A stretch of DNA of 63,065 nt, filler included, from Basidiobolus ranarum (lineage: Eukaryota): assembly GCA_040143965.1 (NCBI GenBank). It is 41 parts of 41 records of this genome, joined end to end, with 100 filler letters (N's around TTAATTAATTAA, not from the genome) between each part and the next. Parts side by side here need not be neighbours in the genome. Positions count along the whole stretch, not along the records: positions 38,575 to 40,013 come from JASJQH010012063.1; positions 40,114 to 41,552 come from JASJQH010012064.1; positions 41,653 to 43,091 come from JASJQH010012065.1; positions 43,192 to 44,629 come from JASJQH010012066.1; positions 44,730 to 46,167 come from JASJQH010012067.1; positions 46,268 to 47,705 come from JASJQH010012068.1; positions 47,806 to 49,242 come from JASJQH010012069.1; 34 more parts are not named here. One strand, 5' to 3'. The position numbers were made by a program, and so were the translations under genes. Positions 39,404-49,342 of the stretch are shown here, piece by piece (the stretch's first letter is position 1; each line of letters starts with the position of its first letter). The notes beneath the pieces were generated by a model that did no database searches, was not told the DNA's origin, and saw nothing but the letters and a program-made list of their open reading frames with translations.

Positions 39404-39435
39404 ATAACCTATTGAAGTTATTTAGGTAAAAATAT

Positions 39436-39508
39436 TGGTCTGGCCAGGATTTTAACCAGGGACCCCCTTCACTCTAGCAAGGTGCTCTTACCATTGAGCT
39501 ACCAGTCC
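39436..39508 (-). pseudogene. tRNA-like sequence in the 5' LTR
   Basis: GGACTGG TA GCTC AATGGTAA GAGC A CCTTG CTAGAGT GAAGG GGGTC CCTGG TTAAAAT CCTGG CCAGACC A, then ATATTTTT; intact A box and D stem. Confidence 0.8.
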
Positions 39509-40113
39509 TTGTATGCTACACCTTTATTGCTAGGGAGCCTTAACCTAGTCTGTCAATGTATGGTACTCTTGCATATCAGCTACACAAGCAACTGATTGGC
39601 CTTAGACTTTGTGCTCAGATCCAGTCACCATATTCCATATTTTCCTCTTTGGGAATTACTGCATGTACCAAAAGTCACTAGACTTTCAACAGATAATTGT
39701 ATACATCTTTGATATGTTTCATGAATAGGCCTATACTAGCCTAATTACAATTTGCTTGCAAAAACCCTGGATACACCACATGAAAAAAGTCTAGAATCTT
39801 CAGAGTAATGCTTGATTTTTGGTTTTTCCACATTTGCCTCAAATCTAGATGATTTCAGACAAGATTCCACATGGATTCCAAAATGTTAAAATACTCATCA
39901 TCAGAGCAAGTGATGGCAGCTCTGACATTAAGAGTCTTTTGGTTTGCCGGTTTTCCTATGAGATTTCTACTTTCATGGGCCCAAGCAATTTTGGGTTGTT
40001 GTGTAGGCTTATTNNNNNNNNNNNNNNNNNNNNNNNNNNNNNNNNNNNNNNNNNNNNTTAATTAATTAANNNNNNNNNNNNNNNNNNNNNNNNNNNNNNN
40101 NNNNNNNNNNNNN

Positions 40114-40626
40114 ATAAATGCCAGTGTGGCTGAGCGCTCCTATGACCCAAGCTATAAGGGAGTAGGATATGGTGGCGATGGTGGAGGAAGAACAAAGAAA
40201 TACGGGGGTGGTGGTGGTGGTGGTGATTACGACGAATACGATGGGGACGGTCATGGAAGAGGAAAGAAGTATGGTGGTGGTGGTGGCGATGACTATGATG
40301 ATGATGAGTACGATGGGGATGGTGATGGAGGCGACTACAAGCATGGAGGTGGAAGAGGAAGAAAATATGGTGGTGGTGGTGGTGACTATGATGATGATGA
40401 ATACGATGGGCATGGTGACGGAAGTGACTACAAGCATGGAGGTGGGAGAGGCAGGAAATATGGTGGTGGCGGTGGTCGCGGCGATTATGATGATGATTAC
40501 GACGGTGATGACTATCATCGTGGAGGTGGAAATGGAAAGAAGTACGGTGGGGGTGGGGGTGATGATTATGATGGCAAGAAATACGGTGGTGGTCATGGCG
40601 GAAACAACGATTATAACAAATATTAA
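40114..40626 (+). CDS. Secreted Gly/Tyr/Asp/Lys-rich repeat protein, copy 1 (5' truncated)
   Basis: Open frame with six (K/R)K-YGGG units; the missing N-terminus is supplied by the identical sequence at 41391-41552. Confidence 0.88.
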   Translation: MNASVAERSYDPSYKGVGYGGDGGGRTKKYGGGGGGGDYDEYDGDGHGRGKKYGGGGGDDYDDDEYDGDGDGGDYKHGGGRGRKYGGGGGDYDDDEYDGHGDGSDYKHGGGRGRKYGGGGGRGDYDDDYDGDDYHRGGGNGKKYGGGGGDDYDGKKYGGGHGGNNDYNKY

Positions 40627-41344
40627 CTATGTCGATGTGATACAAATTCCCTTTAGACATGCTTTACCATTGATTATACCCAGAGCTCTACTCATACGAA
40701 TAAATCCTTTTTTGGCGTTTAAGTTTAGCTACATCAGTTTACTTATTTGAGGGTCACTCTAACGTTTATCGATTGTCACAAAGCTGTCATTTCTACACTC
40801 TCAAATTATTAAGCAGAAAAGAGGTTTTCTAATCTTATGAATCAGAGTGCATAATCTTGCGTAAATAACTGAAGATATAGGCATAATATAAAATGATAAA
40901 TAACACGCGTTTTCTATATACTCGGGCTATTTCCCACCATCATTGCCATTAAATTCTGGATTATATTGTTTCTTGAATAAATCTGACAGGAATGAGCCAC
41001 GACTAGATGGAATCGTGAATATTGCCAAAACTAACGCTATCAAAAACAATGCGATCTAAACTAACTAGATCCACAATTATAACATCACTCAAGCACTGCA
41101 TTAAATCCAAACACTGAAGCATACTTATTTGTAAATCGGTTGTGTCATGCACCGCAATCATCAAGATTTTAATTAGGGATAGCTTTCTAAGGTATTCTTT
41201 AATGTATGTCTAACTTTGATATTATCATATTGCAGCCGTAGGCACGAGAGTTCAACGTGATATCTGACTGGTTTCTTATTATCACTACCTCAATATGCAG
41301 AGGTTTACTTTCCAATGCTTCTGAATGAGTGACTTCTCTGGAGG

Positions 41345-41352
41345 TATAAATA
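41345..41352 (+). promoter_or_regulatory. TATA box of the Gly-rich gene
   Basis: TATAAATA begins 46 bp upstream of ATG 41391, which has an ACAATG context. Confidence 0.65.
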
Positions 41353-41390
41353 GCAAATCGTACCCAGTAACTCAATTACTTCTATCAACA

Positions 41391-41552
41391 ATGAAATACT
41401 CAGCTGCTCAACTACTCCTTGTTCTCTCTGCTGTTCTAGCTATAAATGCCAGTGTGGCTGAGCGCTCCTATGACCCAAGCTATAAGGGAGTAGGATATGG
41501 TGGCGATGGTGGAGGAAGAACAAAGAAATACGGGGGTGGTGGTGGTGGTGGT
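41391..41552 (+). CDS. Secreted Gly-rich repeat protein, copy 2 (3' truncated), with signal peptide
   Basis: MKYSAAQLLLVLSAVLAINASVA-ERSYDPSYKG; 41442-41552 is identical to 40114-40224. Confidence 0.88.
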
Positions 41553-41740
41553 NNNNNNNNNNNNNNNNNNNNNNNNNNNNNNNNNNNNNNNNNNNNTTAA
41601 TTAATTAANNNNNNNNNNNNNNNNNNNNNNNNNNNNNNNNNNNNNNNNNNNNACTTGCATTCTTGGCTCAATGGCATTTACTAGTACGTCTCCCGAACTT
41701 CTAGATGCCGCTTTGAATGCTGCACACTGGGCCATAATCG

Positions 41741-43091
41741 TCATATGGCTAATTCCCCACTGGCTCTTTCACGAGCTCCCGGTACCAATTTCTCATATTT
41801 AACTGTCTGGTCCTGTAGAATCTTTCCATGCTTCCACTTTACACCGCACGCGTTACAAAGTGTTCCAGGACCTGCTGGACCTCTACGCCACATGGGAGTG
41901 CTTTTGCATCCACAATAGGCACACTTCTTAACATTGCCACCGGAGTTGGCAGTGACCGAAATACCTACACGCTTCGGCGTGATCGATACTTTCGTAGGCG
42001 TTTTGTCTATTGCAATATAATTAGAATACAGTGCCAATATATTGATTTGAAATTATCGAATAAGGCTTACCTGTCAGGCTAGCATTGGTCTTCTGATACT
42101 TGTGAGCACGAGTAGTTGAGCCCCAAGGATCGCTAACAAAATCCGAATCATATTGATCCGAATCAGACTGCGAAAGGCTATAATACCTATCATAATCAGG
42201 TTTGTTGATTTTGGAGCTCCTAGGATGCTTGAGCATAATTTTGGGCCGATTGCTATAGGTTTCATATTGCTCATCAGCATAAAAATCGATCAAAGCTAGT
42301 TGCAGTTCGGCCCAAAGTTCTTTTTGGACACCAAAAATATAGACAATAAAGGATTGATTCATTTGCTGATACACTGAATCTGGCAGAGCATTAGTGGAAT
42401 GCTGCGGAAATGTGACTGAAACCTACGATTAAATGGATACAGTTAATATATTATATTGATGTACTTATCAATATCAATGAATATGTAAGTACCTGATATG
42501 GCTCTTTCAGAGATTGGGTTTTGAGTTTAACATCTCTAGGAAACAACCACCGCGATGAAAGGTTGTCCTGAAGTTCAAAGACGATATCAAATTTATCATT
42601 TGTAGGTGATATGGGAGACGTGGGCGGTGTAGACACTTGCGTCACATCTTTAAGTGGCGAATAGGGTAGACCGTTGAGCTCTTTACTTAATTCAGCGTTG
42701 GATTTGGCTCTCACTTTATAGAATTGACTACCAGCAAACACGTGAGGGCCAATCATGATTGTACAGCTTCCCAAGTATGTGTGAACATTGTTATTGTGAG
42801 AGGACGCGGGTTCAAATAACGTGGATATACATTGTTTCCTAGATTTTTCAAAGCTATCTAGTATATCACTACAAAGAAAATGTTAACTTTCATGAAATAA
42901 GCAACTGGAATTGAGGGCGGTACTTACGCGCTGGAACAGTTTACGGAGTTGAATGTGGACTCCAGATTAATCGAAGCATATCTTGAGGTGTCAAATAAAT
43001 TCTTGTCACTAGTAATTACAAGAGGCTCCATTTCGAAATTCAGTGAACGGGAGTGTTGGAAAATTATGTTGGAACGGAGACTTCAGTAAAG
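41741..43091 (-). CDS. GATA zinc-finger transcription factor (C-X2-C-X18-C-X2-C), multi-exon, 5' truncated
   Basis: [30 protein letters not shown] introns at about 42870-42927, 42423-42492 and 42007-42070 link the ORFs; 3' end uncertain. Confidence 0.85.
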
Positions 43092-43191
43092 NNNNNNNNN
43101 NNNNNNNNNNNNNNNNNNNNNNNNNNNNNNNNNNNTTAATTAATTAANNNNNNNNNNNNNNNNNNNNNNNNNNNNNNNNNNNNNNNNNNNN

Positions 43192-44629
43192 ATATGCTAA
43201 TCTGATTAACAATGTATCAGCAATATCAGTGATGGATGTAATGTGATGGGTTAAGGAGACTCCAGAGTATATTAATCTGCCAACAAGAGAGTTTTTTAAA
43301 TGTGCTGATGGGTTTTTGCATTGTTTGAGCACAATAACAGCAACAAAGCCCAATCCATGGACACAGAGTAAGTACATCTACAATTGGACTAATTTGCTTG
43401 TGTGATAATCTGATGGTATTTTTAGGAAAGCTGCAAGAGAGACTTCTTGGCAAGATAGATTAAGATATGCAGTTTCATTGTTTTTGCTATGGTGTAATCT
43501 ATTCAAGTAATGACACATCTACTTATGGCAGGACCTATGTTAACTGCAAGTTGGGGATATATTGGCTGAATTCTCTATGGAAATTTGTCAAAATCAAAGA
43601 ACTTATTCTTATTGTGAACAAGAACAAGAGTCAGCTGTTTGCCCAATGTCAGTGCTATTCAAAATTTCAGGTGTTTAGCAATTATTCCACCATTAGTTAG
43701 CTGGTAAACCATATTGATGTTGTTGAGTTATATCTAATCAGTCAAGGAAGTGCATATGTAGAGACTAAACACAACAAGATTCTTGTACTCTTTGATTCTC
43801 ATTATGGCTGGAATACAAAGCCTAAAATATGTATATAAAGGCATGCATATTAATTCAAATTCCTACAGCAGTAAACCCAGTAAATGCCAGTTGAAAATTA
43901 TATTTTGCAAAAATTGCCAGATATTGTATAATGCATGCTGAATTTGAGGGTCAATATTTTAACATATTGGATACCGTCATAGTACCATCAAGAAACTGCC
44001 ATCACATCTTCAAAATCCCTGGCAGAATGCAAGCCACCAATATGGTGATGGTTATCCAATGGTTTTGCTCCTTTGAAGGGTGGATCCAATCCGGTTCAAA
44101 CCAATTTTGTTTTTGTTAGGGTTACCATCATAAAATTGTCAAGTCAAATTTAACTTGAATCAATTTTTTCAGTTTCAGGAGTGAAATTTCAAGATCTTAC
44201 AAAATACCTGTACATGATTGGCTGCAATCTCAGAGAACTATGGATCAACACATGTGCAAATAACATAACTCAAATTTTACACAATTACCACTGGAATGCT
44301 AATTTGTCACCTTGAAAATCCCTAGTCTATTTGATATATTCTCCTGAATGATTTTACAGAGTTCTAAATACCCAAGGTTAAGCTCATACCCAATATGAGT
44401 TTGTATCAATATCTCCATCAAAGCCCACCATTGTATTAATGTTGCTCAATCAACATTCTTCCAGCTATCAGGCGGATACCTTGTGATATTGTGCCACTCA
44501 GTATTAAGTTCTTCCTGAATATCTGCACAGTAAACACCCAACTGAATGTCAAGTTGAATGTTCTGCTTCTGAAGCCACTTTCTGTAAACTTGCACTGCAT
44601 TTTTCCCCATCATAATTTTGAAAATACTC
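43192..44629 (+). mobile_element. CACTA family A transposase 3' end and right TIR (44121), joined to the left subterminal region of another copy
   Basis: TTTTGTTAGGG ends at 44121; homology to other copies. Confidence 0.85.
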
Positions 44630-44729
44630 NNNNNNNNNNNNNNNNNNNNNNNNNNNNNNNNNNNNNNNNNNNNTTAATTAATTAANNNNNNNNNNNNNNN
44701 NNNNNNNNNNNNNNNNNNNNNNNNNNNNN

Positions 44730-44914
44730 ATTAATGCTTCATCATTACTTGAGTTAGTTTCCGGCATGTTAATGCCTTCCAAAGTGGATAGTGGATCGCT
44801 AGACTGTTCATCAATTAAGTCCGCTGTTCTTGCTGGTTTTTTTCCTTTTGTGCCAGCAGGCTTTGGCTTGGAAGCCGATTTTGACTTAGATTTTGAATGC
44901 TTTTTGAATGGCAT
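44730..44914 (-). CDS. CACTA accessory ORF N-terminus (unknown function), best-preserved copy
   Basis: MPFKKHSKSKSKSASKPKPAGTKGKKPAR; same start recurs at ~20670, 25617, ~48885 and ~53150. Confidence 0.7.
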
Positions 44915-45126
44915 TGAAATTTTCAGATGGTAAACTTGGTGTAATGAAGCTGCTTAGACACAGCTTATAATAAACCAAAATTGCCATCCATTACTGGAAA
45001 TTTCTTTTAAATCCCCTCATGACTCATCTGTGACACCATCTCAGAATCAGCTGATGATATTGATGGGCTATACCTAAAATACCACCCTTACGTGGGAGGT
45101 GTTCTTTTTTCTACAATATCCTTCTC

Positions 45127-46167
45127 ATGCCGCAACACAAACGTTTAAAGAAGCCCTGCTATTATTGTCGCAAATTCTTGTGCTATGAAAGCCGGAGGCT
45201 TCATAGAAAAAATAATCACAAGCATGGTCACTGTACAAAGCCACCAGCTGCACAAAGCCTGGTGTATAACAACAGTAATAAGTGCACTAAATCAACTTTA
45301 GTTTTGCCTATTGAGTCCACTGACTGTAGTTTGCCTCAAAGTTTTGGTAACACTGCCAAAAGTCAAGATACCGTGGAGTTACCACAGTTATATGACCAGA
45401 ATGATGTAGGTCAAAATGCAACTTTGGTCAAACCAGTAGGTCCAGATGACTTTGAGGACTTGCTGCTAGATGTTGACCTTGGTTATTCCAGTACTGATGG
45501 TAGTATATCAGAAGTTGAGGAAGACATTGATGTTGTTATGGACTCTTTGTTATTGGCAAACATTGGTCCACTCATAACACTTACAGGAAAGGAAGCAGCT
45601 TTGATTATTGAGGAGTGGAGAGTTCAATCCAATCTTAGCAACCAGGAGTTTATTGGTTTTCTTACACTTTTACCACAGCTGATTGGCAACTGTTGCTTGC
45701 CACAGACCTGGTACAAGTGGAAAACACTTGTCAATTGTATGACTTAAAATCCTTCAGTTATTAAACTGCCTTCATGTCCAAATGGTTGTTTGGCTTTCAC
45801 CCATGATCTCAAAAAAATGTAGTCATATACTGTTTGCACCCAATTGGCAATCACTGAATCAGGTAAATATTGTTCATATTTAGCTTACATACCATTGATT
45901 CCACATCTTAAAGTTTTGATGAAATCACCCAAATAAAGATCATTGATACAATACCAAAGTACTCATTGTAAAGCTGATGGTATTACCAATATACTTGATG
46001 GATATCACTACCAGAATCTGAAAAGTCAAGGTTTCTTTGAGAACACATATGATCATGCATTTGCATTGGCTCTGGATGGTTTCTTGCTAAACAAATATAC
46101 TGTTGGAAAGGCTTGCTGGCCAATAATTTTAATCAACTTAAATCTTCCTCCTTTTGAATGGTATAAG
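45127..46167 (+). pseudogene. CACTA transposase N-terminal half, best-preserved copy (some stops)
   Basis: CYYC..H N-terminus, acidic linker, CPNGCLAF, YIPLIPHLK, DGYHY, ALALDGF and CWPIILINLNLPP (tnp2 family motif). Confidence 0.9.
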
Positions 46168-46267
46168 NNNNNNNNNNNNNNNNNNNNNNNNNNNNNNNNN
46201 NNNNNNNNNNNTTAATTAATTAANNNNNNNNNNNNNNNNNNNNNNNNNNNNNNNNNNNNNNNNNNNN

Positions 46268-47705
46268 AAATTAGTCCAAATTATAGAGATACTAACTCTG
46301 TGTCCATGACAAGGATATTGTAACACATTGTTAATCAGATTAGTATATGGTAGTACTGACATCTTCACATGGAGCATCATTTCACCACAGGTGCACTGCA
46401 TTGAAAACTCCAAGAATGTATAGCAAGGGCCTATAATCATCTAAGCATTGTAAAATATGGAGCAGGGAATTTATTGAATAGAGGTGTAGATTCAGTCTAT
46501 CTTCTTTGAACCTGTAATCAAGTTCTCATATCCAATTACAAAATCTTTGCACAGTTGCTATATCTGCCTGAGATCTGCCAATGTGAGTTGATGCCATAAG
46601 AATATATTAACAATCTCCACAAACAACTCCCAATGTTCCCAATACTTATCAGGCAGAAGTCTTTTCAGAATTCCACTTGAATTTATATAAGTCTAATACT
46701 TCCAGTCTTTGAATTTGAATAAATGCCTAGATGAGTGGATATTGATGGGAGTCCTGGTAAATTATGATGGCATCTTGACCTTTTCAAGCATTTTCACAAT
46801 AGATTCAAACTTTGATCCCATCACAGATAGCTCATTCATGTTGAATTTTCCACTATATTGCAGAGCAAGTAGTATTGGAATGTTCTTGAGCATTTAGTGC
46901 ACAGTGCCTAATGGGAAGTTCTGGTGCCGGCTGTTCCCCTTTAGCAATATAATCTTTGGCTTATGGCTAACACCAAGTTTCATGTTGGACTGACTATTTG
47001 GCAAGTTGATATCAGGGATCATGCTGAAATCTGACCAGGCTGTTGATGGTCAAAGCATGGAGTTTAGTCTTGTATTTGGATAGTACCCTAACAAAATTAA
47101 ATCAATCTAATCTGGATTGGATCCACCCTTCTAAATTGCAAAATGTCAGAGAACCATCACAATATCAGTGGCTTGCATTTTGCAAGGGATTTTTATGGTG
47201 TGACAGCAGTTTCTTTATGCCATTATGATGGTATTTGTACATGTTAAAATTTTCATCCTCTTATTTGGCAGGTGTTATTAATTTCTGGCAATTTTTGCAA
47301 ATAAATATAATTTTTGAATGGCACATTACTAATAGCTGACTATTGTCACCACTCCCAATCAGAATAAGCTCTTGGATTTTGGCAAATTTCTGTAAAGAAT
47401 TCAGCCAATATATCCCCAACTTGCAGTCAACAAATTTCTTGCCGCAAGTAGATGTGCCATTGCTCAAATAGATTACCCCATGGATAAAACTATAGCACTG
47501 CATATCTTGATCTATCTTGCCAAGAAGTCTGTCTTGCAGCTTTCCTAAAAATACTCTCAGATTATTACACAAAAAAATTAGTCCAAATTATAGAGATACT
47601 AACTCTGTGTCCATGACAAGGATATTGTAGTACATTGTTAATCAGATTAGTATATGGTAGTACTGACATCTTCACATGGAGCATCATTTCACCACAGGTG
47701 CACTG
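46268..47705 (-). mobile_element. Head-to-tail duplicated truncated CACTA unit (~1307 bp), right TIR at 47086
   Basis: 46268-46398 and 47575-47705 differ at 2 of ~131 bases and share a private deletion. Confidence 0.8.
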
Positions 47706-47806
47706 NNNNNNNNNNNNNNNNNNNNNNNNNNNNNNNNNNNNNNNNNNNNTTAATTAATTAANNNNNNNNNNNNNNNNNNNNNNNNNNNNNNNNNNNNNNN
47801 NNNNNC

Positions 47807-48060
47807 TATTGGGAAAATATGGGCTGTTTGGCAGAACTTTAGAAAAGTAGAGTTTTAAATAGCTTTATGATATAATTATTTATTTTCCAGACATAAAGCA
47901 TTTAGATATTTTGGTAGAAATACAGAAAACTAACACAGGAGTTGTGTTCAGAACATCTGTGGAAGAAAAATGAGTTATTTTTGGGGCAATTTGGACAAGT
48001 TTGAAATATCCAATATGGTATTGCTAATTGTCACAGTATTCACATATATATATACTATGT
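47807..48060 (-). mobile_element. LTR family A, partial
   Basis: Reverse complement of about 37880-38129. Confidence 0.75.
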
Positions 48061-48074
48061 GATTTCAGGTTTTT

Positions 48075-49242
48075 CAGATCACTGGTGAAAGCCAAACAGC
48101 CATTTAGATATTAAGGTAATTTAATTACTGAAGGATTACAAGTCATATGATTGACAAGTGTTTTCCACTTGTACCAGGTCTGTGGCAAGCAACAGTTGCC
48201 AATCAACTGTGGTACAAGTGTAAGAAAACCAATCAATGCCTGGTTGCTAAGATTGGATTGAACTCTCCACTCCTCAATAGTCAAAGCTGCTTCCTTGACT
48301 GTTAGTGTTATGTGTGGACTGATGCTTGCCATCATCAAAGGGTCCATAACAAAACCATTGTCTTCTTCTTCAACTTCTGATATACCACCATCAGTACAGA
48401 AATAACTAAGGTCAACATCTAACAGCAAGTCCTCAAAGTTGTCTGGACTTACTGGATTGACCAAAGTTGCATTTCTATATACATCATTCTAGTCATATAA
48501 CTGTGGTAACTCCACAATATGATGACTTTGGCAGTATTACCAAAACTTTGAAGCAGAGTACAGTCAGTGGACTCAGGGGGCAAAACTTAAGTTGATTTTG
48601 TGCACTTTTTACTGTTGATATTCACCAGGCTGTGTGCAGCTGGTGGCTGTGACGGTGACCATGCTTGTGATTATTTTTTTTATGAAGCCTCTGGCCTTCA
48701 TACCACCAGAATTTGTGACTATAATAGCAGGCCTTCTTTAAATGTTTGTGTTGTGGCATGAGAAGGATTTGTAGAAAAAAGAACACCTCCTACTTGTGGG
48801 TGGTATTTTAGGTATAGCGCATCAATATCATCAGCTGCTTCCAAGTAATTTCATTACACCAAGTTTACCATCTGAAAATTTCAATGCCATTCAAAAGGTT
48901 TTCAAAATATAAGTCAAAATTGGCTTCCAAGCCAAAACCTGCCGGCACAAAAGGAAAAAAACCAGCAAGAACATAAGACTTAATTGATGAACAGTCTAGT
49001 GATCCACTATCCACTTTGGAAGGCATTAATATGCCCAAAACTAACTCAGGTACAGATGAAGCATTAATCAAGTTACTAGATGTGTTCCTTTCCAGCAATA
49101 GTGCAAGTGAAGAGATTGTAATCACCCAATTGTGCAGTAAATCATAGATGAGTAAAGTTCAACCAAAACACTATCAAGACCATCAACTTCCAAAATGGCT
49201 ACTTTGACCACTATTGAACAACCCTCTGCAGAAAATTTGGAT
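48075..49242. mobile_element. CACTA family A centre (transposase -, accessory ORF +)
   Basis: ORF 48111..48464 matches the second half of 45127..45747. Confidence 0.88.
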
Positions 49243-49342
49243 NNNNNNNNNNNNNNNNNNNNNNNNNNNNNNNNNNNNNNNNNNNNTTAATTAATTAANN
49301 NNNNNNNNNNNNNNNNNNNNNNNNNNNNNNNNNNNNNNNNNN

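Larger units (their letters stand above)
38727..39691 (-). mobile_element. TRIM-like miniature LTR retroelement with tRNA-bearing LTRs, inserted in the CACTA accessory ORF
   Basis: Direct repeats 38727-39008 and 39410-39691 (282 bp each, about 30 mismatches), minus-strand termini TGTTGAA...TTCAATA; 50-bp interior with PBS GGTTATGAGCCCC and PPT GAAGGGGAA; flanks GATAT/GATAA correspond to a single GACAA in the uninterrupted CACTA copy near 50505-50509. Confidence 0.9.

Noticed and set aside
38753-39508. Two functional host tRNA genes or independent SINE insertions
   Set aside because: Each copy has stem or box lesions and both sit at the same offset within paired LTRs; no SINE tail or own TSD is visible.
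40198-40626. Opioid-like precursor (dibasic site followed by YGG)
   Set aside because: Enkephalins need YGGF; here it is YGGG, explained by low complexity.
40058-40750. His-rich, Thr/Ile-rich and Val/Met-rich overlapping ORFs
   Set aside because: Shadow frames of the GGT/GAT-rich gene; only the Gly-rich frame has a signal peptide and TATA box.
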